A DNA stretch of 62,962 nt, filler included, from Thraustochytrium aureum (lineage: Eukaryota), in the NCBI GenBank assembly GCA_012862495.1. It is 7 parts of 5 records of this genome, joined end to end, with 100 filler letters (N's around TTAATTAATTAA, not from the genome) between each part and the next. Parts side by side here need not be neighbours in the genome. Positions count along the whole stretch, not along the records: positions 1 to 30,840 come from BLSG01000161.1; positions 30,941 to 36,688 come from BLSG01000162.1; 5 more parts are not named here. One strand, given 5' to 3'. Made by a program: the position numbers and the translations under genes. Within the stretch, counting starts at the first letter, position 1, and each line of letters starts with the position of its first letter. Positions 21,569-32,307 of this stretch are shown here, in pieces. A model generated the notes under the pieces. It was given only the letters and a program-made list of their open reading frames with translations, was not told the DNA's origin and ran no database searches.

Positions 21569-24319
21569 ATGGACCAGGCCAGGCAGACGCCGAACGCCAG
21601 TGGACTCGGAGGACGAGGAGGAGGAGGCGCTGGNNNNNNNNNNNNNNNNNNNNNNNNNNNNNNNNNNNNNNNNNNNNNNNNNNNNNNNNNNNNNNNNNNN
21701 NNNNNNNNNNNNNNNNNNNNNNNNNNNNNNNNNNNNNNNNNNNNNNNNNNNNNNNNNNNNNNNNNNNNNNNNNNNNNNNNNNNNNNNNNNNNNNNNNNNN
21801 NNNNNNNNNNNNNNNNNNNNNNNNNNNNNNNNNNNNNNNNNNNNNNNNNNNNNNNNNNNNNNNNNNNNNNNNNNNNNNNNNNNNNNNNNNNNNNNNNNNN
21901 NNNNNNNNNNNNNNNNNNNNNNNNNNNNNNNNNNNNNNNNNNNNNNNNNNNNNNNNNNNNNNNNNNNNNNNNNNNNNNNNNNNTCGACAGGGTGACCGAG
22001 GCCTCCAAGCGGGTCAAGCTGCAGCTGCCGCGACAACCCGCGCTGCCGCCCGACATGGAGCCGCCCGCGCCGCCGGACGCAGAGGGACGCGGAGCCGAGG
22101 GCGAGGCGAGTAGCGCCGACCCCCGCCAGCAGCGCGAGCGCGAGCGCGAGCGTCGGCGCAAGGAGCGGCGCGACAAGCGGGCGTTACAGTCGATGAACTC
22201 GCGCCAAGTGTCCGCCACTGCGAACACGGTGCGGTTCAACAACGGCAAGCTAGAGTCCATCATGGTCAACAGAGTCGCATTCCCAGTGGAGCGGACCAAC
22301 TTCACGGGGCTCACAGCGCCGTTCCGAGAGTTTCGCAATGCCCGCACGAGCCAGATGGCCTTCGTGAGGTGTTTGGATGCGATGTTCTGGTCGACGGCCG
22401 CCGCCTTCGAGCGCGTCTTCAACATTGCGGATCTTCAGGGCTTTCGTCGGTGTTTGGAGGACCTCATTGACAAGTACTTGGAGCGCTTTCGCCGCGAGTA
22501 CAGGATTACCAAGAGTGGCCCCCAACTCTTGCAGCCCATCGGCGAGCGATTCATACGCCGAAACGTCTTGGCTGCATTGCCGTGCCCCAGGACGGTCATC
22601 GGCCTGTGCATGCTGGCTGCTGAAATGATCGGCGAGGAGGTGCTGGGATTTGAAGCTTCGCGCACCGTGCTGGCCGGCTTGCTCCCCATGAACCAAGAGT
22701 GCAGCTCGCGAATCAGGCCGGCGCTGATGGAGCGCCTATGCATGCGCACCATCAGGCGCTTTATCGCTTCCGAGGAGACCCGTTCACCGCTTCTCAACTT
22801 TACCATGCAGGACTGCGCCGACTACGTCAATGTCTCGCGCCCGGCTGGCTTGACCGCCAACCTAACGCCGCTGCACAGGTACATACGCATCCTCAACATC
22901 GCTCCAGTAGACGAGCTCTGGCCGCTCTGCTCGTGCATCCTCCAGGTCATGTTCAAGTTCCCTGAAAGACTCGCGGAGGCCGCTCTTAGGGAGCGCCGCA
23001 TTGGCCCCGTTCGAGCGAGAGAAACCTTTCATGTGGAGCGCCGCGACCTGTTCTGGGTTGCGGTGCTGATCTTTTCGCTCTCCACTCTGAAAGAGCACGA
23101 GTGGGCCCACCTCCGAGCGGCGTACAAAGGCGCTGCCGACGTGAATGGGTTTCTTCCCAAGATCGACCCGCTCAAGCTGGCCGACTCGGGCGCGGCGCCC
23201 AAACTTCACGCGCACCTAGACGCCTTCGAGCGCGGATACGGCCGCCCGTCGCACAACTACAAGCCGCCCAAGAGCGCCGAAGCCTCGCCCGCCGGCCCGA
23301 ATGGCTCAGCCGACTTTACGTTGCGACCACCAGCGACGTTGCCCTTCCCTACGACGAGGAAAGCGCAAGCGACGCGGAGGGCGGCGGGCGGCGGCGGCGG
23401 CGGCGGTGGCAAGAAAGCGAGCAAACCGGGCAACGAGCAAGCGAAGGCAAGCGAAGGCAATCCAGCAGAGCAAACGCCCGACAAACCCGAAAAGCGGCCC
23501 CTCGGAAGGCCTCGTTTTGACGCCTCCACCAAGAGAATTAGGGCGGCCCACAGAGAGATGCTTCTGGGACGCAGGAAGACCAAGAGCGGCACGGCGTGGC
23601 GACCCAGGATCAAGCTGACAAAGGCCGAGGAAAGGGAAGTCTTGACTCGGCGATGGGGGATCAAGGTCCCCGGCGCCACCGAAGCCGTGATATCCGCGGT
23701 CAAGGCTGCGGGGCCCTCCGAGGTCTTCGACGCGAGCGGGCAACATGTAGACACCTTGCTCAACACCATCGCGATTCTCGCAAAAGAATGTGGCGCTCAA
23801 ATCGTGCCGAATTCTGCGTCTCTGGAGCCTGCAGAGATGGTGCCGCCACTTGGTGAGAGCTCGCCGATTCCCCAAATGGCGCACTACCACACGGCTACGC
23901 TTCGCTTCAACGCGGGCTGCGGCGCGGCTTCGCGGGCCTGGCTGGAGCTCCCTGCCGCGCTTGGCGAATCCCACCACCTGCGTGCGATCATGAAGCGGTT
24001 CCGCTTCAACTCCCCGTCGCGCCCGCGGCTGCCCAAGGCGAAAAACAGGTACATCGAGGTGGCTTGCATCGTTTTGGATGCGTTGGGCGTGGAGAACTAC
24101 AAGGAACTCAAATTTGTGTTGCTGTACCTGCGATTGATGTCCTCCATGCTCGAGGCGACTGCGCCGGAAGATCGAGTGCTGGACATCATCAACAACCCAG
24201 GCCTTGCAGCCTACGTCAAAGACATGCACGACCGCTTCGTGTCTCAGGTTCGGTTTACTGACATTGGGGAGCACATCAAGCGAGGCTTGCACCAGCGAGA
24301 CAAGGCCAGCGATCTGTAG
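21569..24319 (+). CDS. Large protein, tentatively Rrn7/TAF1B-like RNA polymerase I initiation factor; start uncertain (gap 21634-21983)
   Basis: About 780 codons open after the gap. LPCPRTVIGLCMLAAEMIGEEVLGFEASRTVLAGLLPM, LHRYIRILNIAP and FWVAVLIFSL resemble Rrn7/TAF1B cyclin-fold motifs. The CDS is likely; the family call is a weak visual match. Confidence 0.45.
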   Translation: MDQARQTPNASGLGGRGGGGAXXXXXXXXXXXXXXXXXXXXXXXXXXXXXXXXXXXXXXXXXXXXXXXXXXXXXXXXXXXXXXXXXXXXXXXXXXXXXXXXXXXXXXXXXXXXXXXXXXXXXXXXXXXXXXXXXXXXXXDRVTEASKRVKLQLPRQPALPPDMEPPAPPDAEGRGAEGEASSADPRQQRERERERRRKERRDKRALQSMNSRQVSATANTVRFNNGKLESIMVNRVAFPVERTNFTGLTAPFREFRNARTSQMAFVRCLDAMFWSTAAAFERVFNIADLQGFRRCLEDLIDKYLERFRREYRITKSGPQLLQPIGERFIRRNVLAALPCPRTVIGLCMLAAEMIGEEVLGFEASRTVLAGLLPMNQECSSRIRPALMERLCMRTIRRFIASEETRSPLLNFTMQDCADYVNVSRPAGLTANLTPLHRYIRILNIAPVDELWPLCSCILQVMFKFPERLAEAALRERRIGPVRARETFHVERRDLFWVAVLIFSLSTLKEHEWAHLRAAYKGAADVNGFLPKIDPLKLADSGAAPKLHAHLDAFERGYGRPSHNYKPPKSAEASPAGPNGSADFTLRPPATLPFPTTRKAQATRRAAGGGGGGGGKKASKPGNEQAKASEGNPAEQTPDKPEKRPLGRPRFDASTKRIRAAHREMLLGRRKTKSGTAWRPRIKLTKAEEREVLTRRWGIKVPGATEAVISAVKAAGPSEVFDASGQHVDTLLNTIAILAKECGAQIVPNSASLEPAEMVPPLGESSPIPQMAHYHTATLRFNAGCGAASRAWLELPAALGESHHLRAIMKRFRFNSPSRPRLPKAKNRYIEVACIVLDALGVENYKELKFVLLYLRLMSSMLEATAPEDRVLDIINNPGLAAYVKDMHDRFVSQVRFTDIGEHIKRGLHQRDKASDL

Positions 24320-24333
24320 AGAGAGTTGCGTTT

Positions 24334-24413
24334 CGCAAACTATGCGTGCCCCAACAGGCGCGCCCAACCAAACCGCAAAGTATGCATGCCCCAACAGGCG
24401 TGCCCAACCAAAC
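24334..24413 (+). repeat. Imperfect 40-bp direct tandem duplication between convergent genes
   Basis: cgcaaactatgcgtgccccaacaggcgcgcccaaccaaac followed by cgcaaagtatgcatgccccaacaggcgtgcccaaccaaac. Confidence 0.85.
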
Positions 24414-24522
24414 TGGCTGGCCGGATGCTCTTGGCCGTGGTTGAAAGAGAACAAAAAATGCTATCCGTGCTTTCGATTCTGGTGTATCTTGCCTTGCCTG
24501 CCGGTACCTTGCCTCGCCCGCC

Positions 24523-25547
24523 TCATGACTGAAAGTCGCCCCAGTCATCATCCTCAGACGCCGCCGCCGCCGCCGCAGAGGCAGTAGGCAGGGCCTGGGC
24601 TGAAGTAGCACTGGGAGCAGGGATTGGCGGTGCCGCTATCAACGGGCTCAGGCCTCCTGCGACGGGGGCGTTGCCGATGGCGCGCGGCTTGGCTATTGAC
24701 GGCGGCGCCGACAGCTTGAGGGCGCCAATCCCAGCAGCAGCCGACGAGACGGGCGGCGTTTTCGATTTTTTTTGCTCGACCTGCCACCGATCTTGATGCT
24801 CACCTTAATCGTCTCGCCCTCCTTGAGCGAGCGGTCGACCTTGCTCGCGGCCGCCTCTTCCTCTGCGCCCGCCTCCTCTTCGTCCGACTGGCCGGACACC
24901 TCGCCGCGCGAGATGCGCTTGAGCTCGTCTTCGAGCGCGGCGCGAAGGTCAAAGGCGCTCTGGCGCTCTGTAAACCCGATGCCAATGTACGCGTGGCGCC
25001 TCGTGGCCGCGTCCTCGATCCGCAGAACAAAGTACCGCGACGAGTCCGTCACGCTCTGCAGGAAGAAGTCGAGCTTCGAGTTGGGCTTGCTGGCGTCCGC
25101 GTCCAGCTTGATCGGGCTGCTCGCGAACAGCTGCGGGANNNNNNNNNNNNNNNNNNNNNNNNNNNNNNNNNNNNNNNNNNNNNNNNNNNNNNNNNNNNNN
25201 NNNNNNNNNNNNNNNNNNNNNNNNNNNNNNNNNNNNNNNNNNNNNNNNNNNNNNNNNNNNNNNNNNNNNNNNNNNNNNNNNNNNNNNNNNNNNNNNNNNN
25301 NNNNNNNNNNNNNNNNNNNNNNNNNNNNNNNNNNNNNNNNNNNNNNNNNNNNNNNNNNNNNNNNNNNNNNNNNNNNNNNNNNNNNNNNNNNNNNNNNNNN
25401 NNNNNNNNNNNNNNNNNNNNNNCCTCCAGCCGCGCCAGCAGCCTTGGGCTGCGCTGCAGCCGCACCCGGGGGTACCGCTGGCGTCCCAGGCGCCGCGCCC
25501 GCACCAGCGGTAGCACGCGGCGCGCCAGCGCCAGCGCCAGCTGACAT
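24523..25547 (-). CDS. NECAP: Adaptin ear-binding coat-associated protein (NECAP); gap 25139-25422, frameshift at the poly-T near 24770
   Basis: PHear domain VTDSSRYFVLRIED...HAYIGIGF.ERQSAFD, then SLKEGETIKV. Correcting the frameshift gives a C-terminal DDDWGDFQS* (WxxF-acidic motif). Confidence 0.92.
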
Positions 25548-25800
25548 TGCGCTCCGGGGGGGATTCCAGCCCGTTCCATCCCAATGCCGCCGATCCCTCA
25601 GCCCTCCGCCCACCAAAAAAACGGCCGGCCTGCCTGCCTGTCTGCCTGCCGCGCGCGCAGGGACAGAGCCCCGCGCAGCGCCAGCGCCGTGAACGAGCGA
25701 GCGCGGCGTTCGAGGAGCGGCCGGGGCGCTCTGGAGAGATGGGCGGAAGACGGGACTCTGGCAGTTGTTCTGGCGCGCAGCAGACCCCGCATGCGCTCTC

Positions 25801-25835
<35 letters not shown>
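25801..25835 (+). repeat. (GCA)11 microsatellite in the NECAP/NNF1 divergent intergenic region
   Basis: Direct observation. Confidence 0.95.
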
Positions 25836-25836
<1 letters not shown>

Positions 25837-25941
25837 GTGGAGTTTCGGACGGCGTCCTGGCTCGGCCGGCATCGCGCCGAGTTTGCCGCGCGCAAAGGAC
25901 CGGCGCCGCTTGCTGTGGTGGCGGGGAGACCTGCGAGAGGC

Positions 25942-26742
25942 ATGTTTGAAAATGTCCAGGCCGAGCTGGCCGAGGCCGGGCTCGGCTCTGCGCGCATGTC
26001 GCGCATGCTGGAGGCGCTGGGGAAGACGGTGAGCGGGATCTTGGACAAGGGCGTCTCGGACAAGGAGCTCGCTGAGTGCTTTCGGCCGCTGATGGGCAGC
26101 TCGCCGACGCTCGACGAGGCCTACTTTGTCGCGCTGCACCGCAAGGTCTTCGCTGAGCAGGTGCGCCGCAACATCGAGGTAAGTATGGCCGAGCCACGGC
26201 GCCGGCCCGCAATGCGCCCGCTTTCGCGCGTCGCTGTCGCGCGTGTCGCCAACGAGTGTGTCGCTAACGCGCTTGTCGCTGCAGGCAGAGTTTGCGCAGG
26301 TCTGCCAGGAGCGCGACATGGCCAGGCTGCTCAAGCGGCTCGAGGATGCCATCGAGGGCCGGGCGGCGCTCGACGAGCCCCAGGACGACGAAGACGCCAA
26401 GCCGATCGGTTTAGATGTCGTGTAAGTCTCAGCGCAGCCAGCCCAGCTGCCTCGCCGCCGCCTCCTTTGGCACTAACAAGGCCGGTGGCTTTCGCGCGTA
26501 GCGAGCCCGGAGCGGGCGAAACGGCGCCGGAGGCGCTCATCCGGCGGGCGGCCTGTTTGGCCAAAGAGCAGCGGCGCGCAGAGCTCAAGGAGCGCCTCAA
26601 AGCGCTCAACGAAGACAACGCCAAGCTGCAGACGGTGCTCGAACAGCGCCGGCAGGAGGCGGCAAGCCAAGCCGAGGAGCTGGAGGCGCTTCTTGCGCCC
26701 TACGAGGCGGCGAAGCGCCTCTGCACGGACAAGGCAAACTAG
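25942..26742 (+). CDS. Kinetochore Mis12-complex subunit NNF1/PMF1-like, three exons (25942-26178, 26285-26421, 26502-26742)
   Basis: Introns 26179-26284 (GTAAGT..GCTAAC..CAG) and 26422-26501 (GTAAGT..ACTAAC..TAG) splice in frame. The product ...RRNIEAEFAQVCQERDMARLLKRLEDAI...APEALIRRA...LNEDNAKL has the Nnf1 pattern. Confidence 0.75.
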   Translation: MFENVQAELAEAGLGSARMSRMLEALGKTVSGILDKGVSDKELAECFRPLMGSSPTLDEAYFVALHRKVFAEQVRRNIEVSMAEPRRRPAMRPLSRVAVARVANECVANALVAAGRVCAGLPGARHGQAAQAARGCHRGPGGARRAPGRRRRQADRFRCRVSLSAASPAASPPPPLALTRPVAFARSEPGAGETAPEALIRRAACLAKEQRRAELKERLKALNEDNAKLQTVLEQRRQEAASQAEELEALLAPYEAAKRLCTDKAN

Positions 26743-26871
26743 ACGGCCAATGCACTGCTTTGTATTCATTCAACTTGCGACGGTCCGGCGCCCCCCAACG
26801 CTACTCCAAAGCTACCTCTCCCTCTACTCGAGCTAGAGTAGAGAAATCGGACGCACCGTCTTTTCTTTCGC

Positions 26872-27682
26872 CTAGTCTTCCTCGCCGTCGCTGCCAGCGA
26901 TGTTGACGTGCGTGCAGATCTCGGACTCGTCGCGCTCAATGTCAGAGCGGACGCCCGCGGTCCGCCGATTGGCACCACAGCTGTCAATATACGGCTTGGA
27001 GCAGAGCGTTTCCATGCACTCCATGCAGCCTCCCTTGTCGCCCTTCCAGCCGCTCTGCGCCCCGTCTGGAGGAAAAAACGTGTCGCGCCACGAATCGACC
27101 GTGACCACACAATCGTAGTAGCAGTGCGCCACCAAGCACCCGTGGTCCTCCACCCAGCAGTCTGCGCAGGCAGGCGTCAGGCCCACGTGCGAGGCCATGC
27201 ACCAGCGGTCCACGAACGCAGGCAACACCAAGTATGCGAGCAGGCAAGGCGTGACCTTTCGGATCAGGCCGTCGCCAAGCTCCGCGAGCCGCAGCACATC
27301 GTGCCGGTTCGAGCAGGCCCCGCAAACGCCGCAGTTCACCACATCAACCCCAGCCTCGGCAGCCGCTTGCGCCGAGGCATACTCGACAAGGTCCTCGCCG
27401 CAGACGCGAGGGTCGCGCGCAATATACGGATATCCCCGCTCCACCGCCGCATACTTGCGCGTGGCCACGCCGACGAACTGTGCGGCGCGCATGCTTGGCC
27501 CCTTGGCCCAGCATGCGCACGAGTCCGCCATCCACGGACGAAGCCACACGCCGGCCACGTCCATGGCCGCGTCCAGCACTCTCCCGGAGAGCTTGAGGCG
27601 ACATGCCCGAGTGCATTGTCCCGCGTCGAAGACCGCTGGCAAGAGCAGCACCACCAAAGCAGCCGCGGCTGCGGCAAGCGCG
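26872..27682 (-). CDS. Cysteine-rich membrane/secreted protein of unknown function (5' end in gap)
   Basis: Hydrophobic segment LAAAAAALVVLLLPAVF, then patterned cysteines CGVCGACSN..CADCW..C..HCYYDC..CMECMETLC..GANRRTAGVRSDIER..EIC. Confidence 0.75.
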
Positions 27683-28452
27683 NNNNNNNNNNNNNNNNNN
27701 NNNNNNNNNNNNNNNNNNNNNNNNNNNNNNNNNNNNNNNNNNNNNNNNNNNNNNNNNNNNNNNNNNNNNNNNNNNNNNNNNNNNNNNNNNNNNNNNNNNN
27801 NNNNNNNNNNNNNNNNNNNNNNNNNNNNNNNNNNNNNNNNNNNNNNNNNNNNNNNNNNNNNNNNNNNNNNNNNNNNNNNNNNNNNNNNNNNNNNNNNNNN
27901 NNNNNNNNNNNNNNNNNNNNNNNNNNNNNNNNNNNNNNNNNNNNNNNNNNNNNNNNNNNNNNNNNNNNNNNNNNNNNNNNNNNNNNNNNNNNNNNNNNNN
28001 NNNNNNNNNNNNNNNNNNNNNNNNNNNNNNNNNNNNNNNNNNNNNNNNNNNNNNNNNNNNNNNNNNNNNNNNNNNNNNNNNNNNNNNNNNNNNNNNNNNN
28101 NNNNNNNNNNNNNNNNNNNNNNNNNNNNNNNNNNNNNNNNNNNNNNNNNNNNNNNNNNNNNNNNNNNNNNNNNNNNNNNNNNNNNNNNNNNNNNNNNNNN
28201 NNNNNNNNNNNNNNNNNNNNNNNNNNNNNNNNNNNNNNNNNNNNNNNNNNNNNNNNNNNNNNNNNNNNNNNNNNNNNNNNNNNNNNNNNNNNNNNNNNNN
28301 NNNNNNNNNNNNNNNNNNNNNNNNNNNNNNNNNNNNNNNNNNNNNNNNNNNNNNNNNNNNNNNNNNNNNNNNNNNNNNNNNNNNNNNNNNNNNNNNNNNN
28401 NNNNNNNNNNNNNNNNNNNNNNNNNNNNNNNNNNNNNNNNNNNNNNNNNNNN

Positions 28453-30358
28453 CGCCCCGCGCGAGGCGGTCGACGAGGACGTCGCAGACCTCGCCGTTGC
28501 GGAGAAGCTGATGGAGGAGATCCAGCAGCTCAAGACCTCGTACGGCCTGCGCGGCTTTTGCGATGCGGACCCGCACGCGACGCCAGACCGACTGCGAGCG
28601 CTCGTCTTTTACGGCGTCATGCTTGCCCTGGTCATTACCGGCTACCTGATGCCTCTTCTACCCAACAGCACAGTGCCAGTCTATCTGGACGACCCCTCCC
28701 TGCAGCTTTTTCAGTACGAGCTTGAGGGCGTCGGCGCCCGCGTGATCTCGTTCAACGAGATCCGCACGACGGAGGACATTCTCCAGTTTTTAAAGAGCGT
28801 GCTGCGCGAGAACCTCGTTGGGCGGGGCACGGAGGTCGAGGACGGCCGTTGGCTCACAGAATTTGGGGTGAGCGAGATGCTCGGATTTGTGCGCCTCCGC
28901 CAGCTGCGTGTTCGTCCGAACGCCACGTGCGCTGTGAGCGAGAAGGCGAGCCATCTCTTCCCAGCCTGCTATGCGCACTACTCACAGGCCAACCGCGAAA
29001 CGGAAAGTTTTGGTCCGCCTGGAGTGGTTTTCACCGAGGGCTTTGAGTTTGTCACGCTCACTGAACTCGAGCTCCTCAACCCGTATGTGCCCCTCGCCAC
29101 CCAGATCCGCGGAAAACTAGCCGACTACCCGGTGTCTGGCTTCATGCTTGACGTTGGCGCCTACCCGGACGCGGTGGGCAACTTCAGCAAGGACACCATC
29201 GTGGCTGCTTGGGACAGCGCGGTGGGCAAGATCGAAGCCAACAATTGGATTGACAGCCAGACGAGCGTGGTCTTTGTCGAGTACAACCAGTACTTTGAGT
29301 CTTCCAGCCGGTTGCGCAGTACCATGTTTATGTTCGAGCAGGAGCTTACCGGGGACTTTGTGCCCACTGCGCGCTCGTTCGAGTTCCGCACAAGTGTTGT
29401 TCTTGGCGAGTCGGGGCCGGCCGAGAGTATAAGGATTGTGTTAGGGGTCGTGGTGGCCATGCTCATTGTGCAGATGCTCTTCGACCTCCGGTTCTACTGG
29501 CTCAAGATGAACGACTTGCTGGCCTTTGCGACAGAGTGCCACCTCATCCTCAACGTGAGCATTCTCGTCTGCTATTTCGTCGTCGTGGGCTACCAGCTCG
29601 CAACCGCTTCTGTGGCACAAGATATTTTCAGGACAGCATTCGAGAGGGCCTTTGGCTACGTCCCCATGGTCGAGCTCGTGCGGCTTGTGCACGCCCTGGA
29701 CATTGCTGTCGTCGCTCTGCTCCTTGCTGTCGGGTTCCGCGTACTCGTTGCGCTCTGCCTCACGCGCGCTGGTCGGATACTGCTTCTGGCAGCGCGCCGG
29801 CTCGCATGGACAGTGTCGATTGTGATTCTCGTCCTCCTCCCCCTGTTCACATGTTACTGCCTCATCATTTGGCAGCTCATTGGGGCCACGTCAGAGGCCT
29901 ACCACACATTCGCCGGGACTTGGGTCAACCTCTCCGTGATCTCCGGCAGCCTCGTCAGCGAAGCGCTCGGTGTCGTCGATTTCATCAACCGCGAGCGTCC
30001 TGCGTTTGCTTGGTATATTGCCTTCGTGTTGGTGACTTACCTGTTCGCTTTCCGGTTTGCGTTCCTTGCGATCCTCCTCGCTTTTGGCGTGCATCACTTC
30101 ACGAAAGCCGTCATTCTGCACAACCAGGTCGTTCATCGTATCTCCCATCTCGAGGCTGAACTCCGAGCGCAGCAGCACGGTGCGCGCCTGCTCGACCCGG
30201 GCGCGGCCACTCGGCGACCAGCATCGTTCGCTGGCCGGGTGTGGAGCTTTGTCTGCCGTTTCCTTTCCGTCAAGGCCGCGCTCAAGCTCGACGACGCCTC
30301 GAACCGTTCAGCAGCGTTGCGTGCCTCGCGCGTCGACCCCGCGCGGAGCCGCGAGTGA
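28453..30358 (+). CDS. Polycystin (PKD2/TRPP-type) cation channel domain protein (5' end in gap)
   Basis: TOP-domain motifs LGFVRLRQLRV...C..CYAHYS, G..YPVSGF, NNWIDSQTSVVFVEYNQY, with about six hydrophobic helices. Confidence 0.88.
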
Positions 30359-30727
30359 ATGCACTAGCGAGCGCAAGGCGTTGCGGGGCAACCATCGAAG
30401 CCGCGTGCGGGTTTTTTAATTGAAATTCGGCCGTCGCAGACTTCGGGACGGCCTGGGGATGGCATGCCACTGACATCGCGACGCCGCGTGTAGATTGAAT
30501 GCGACGGATGGCACTGACTCTGCCAGGAAGCGGCAACAACGTCGTCCTCCGCTTTCGAACGAGAGAAAACAACCGTCCCCAAGTACTCACATACCAACCA
30601 CCGCATTCCTGACCAGGCCAGCGGCGCAGCGTCCTGGCCCATCTCGCGCCGCCCCGGTCGCAGCCAGACGCCACGATCCGCGACCAGCGCACGGCCCTCG
30701 TCCGTCCGTCGACCGGTCCAGCGACCC

Positions 30728-30791
30728 GTCAATCCGTCCATCTTTCCATTCGTCCATCCATCCATCCATCCATCCGTCCATCAAGCCATCC
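30728..30791. repeat. Degenerate (CCAT/CCGT)n microsatellite
   Basis: tccatccatccatccatccatccgtccat. Confidence 0.85.
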
Positions 30792-30840
30792 CTCGCGTCC
30801 CGTCCGCGCGCAGCAGAGCCGGAGCGCAGAGCGCGGCAGG

Positions 30841-30940
30841 NNNNNNNNNNNNNNNNNNNNNNNNNNNNNNNNNNNNNNNNNNNNTTAATTAATTAANNNN
30901 NNNNNNNNNNNNNNNNNNNNNNNNNNNNNNNNNNNNNNNN
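30841..30940. other. Artificial scaffold linker (N44-TTAATTAATTAA-N44)
   Basis: An identical 100-nt unit with stops in all six frames occurs six times in the window. Confidence 0.97.
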
Positions 30941-31488
30941 GGCCTCCACAAATCAAACAAAGCAGATTGACAAACATCCATCCCAAACACCCCAACCAGA
31001 AGAAAGAAAAGAATAAAAGAAAAAAAGTGATACCATAAAACACAGCCAGCGCCAATACGTCAGAGAAGAGTAGAGTATACATACAGTCACAGATAGATAG
31101 ATAGATAGCCCGCCCAGAGACACAGACAACGCAGACAGAGACAGGGCGAGGGAGACAGGGAGAACAGGCACAAGAGCAGCAGAGCAGCAAGCAAGCAGAG
31201 ACCGAGCAAGCAGACCGAGCAAGCGAGAGAGCAAGAGAGCAAGAGGGCAAGGAGGGCAAGAGAGCAAGAGGCAGGCCAGCATCGAGCGCGCAAGAGCAGG
31301 GCGAGGCGGCAGCAGGCAGGCGGGCAGGCAGGCGGGCAGGCGGGCAGGTGCGCAGGCAGGTGCGCAGGCAGGTGGGCAGGCAGGCGGGCAGGCGGCTGGG
31401 CTGCGGGTGGAGGTCGCGCGCCCGGCGCGTTTGAGAGGAGGCAGGGGCGAGGAAGGAAGGGAAGAAGCAAGCAAGCAAGCAAGGAGGA

Positions 31489-32307
31489 ATGAGCTCGGCT
31501 GCTGCTGGAGGCGGCGGCGCCGCCGCCGGCGCGAGCAGTATCGCCGGCGAGGAGAGCAAGTGACCAAGGCAGAGGGACAGACGATTAGCTACAGCGCGGA
31601 GAAGGTGATCGGGAACGGGTCGTTCGGGGTCGTGTTTAAGGCCACTGTTGTACAGACCGGGGAGGTGGTGGCCATCAAGAAAGTGCTCCAGGACAAGCGG
31701 TTCAAGAACAGGGAGCTGCAGATCATGCGCCAGCTCGACCACCCCAACATCGTGCAGCTCAAGCACTGCTTTTACTCGAACGGCGACAACCCCGACGAAC
31801 TCTATCTCAACCTCGTGCTCGAGTACGTCCCAGAAACTGTGTACCGGGTGATCCGCTCCTACCAGAAACGCAAGGAGATCATCCCCATCATCTACACCAA
31901 ACTATACGTGTTCCAGCTCTGCCGCGCGCTGGCCTACATCCACGGGCTCGGCATCTGCCACCGCGACATCAAACCACAAAACCTCCTCCTCAACCCCGCA
32001 GACCACACGCTCAAGCTGTGCGACTTCGGGAGCGCAAAGATGCTCGTCGAGGGCGAGCCCAACGTCTCGTACATCTGCTCGCGCTTCTACCGCGCACCAG
32101 AGCTCATCTTCGGCTCCACCGAGTACTCTACCGCCATCGACATTTGGTCCCTCGGCTGCGTCTTCGGCGAGCTCATGCTCGGCCAGCCGCTCTTCCCCGG
32201 CGGGTCCGGGGTCGATCAGCTCGTCGAGATCATCAAGGTCCTCGGCACGCCCCTCCGCGAGGAGATCGAGGCCATGAACCGCTACTACACCGAGTTCAAG
32301 TTCCCCT
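31489..32307 (+). CDS. GSK3: Glycogen synthase kinase 3/shaggy-like kinase (3' end in gap; frameshift near 31560)
   Basis: [78 protein letters not shown]. Probable start MSSAAAGG at 31489. Confidence 0.97.
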
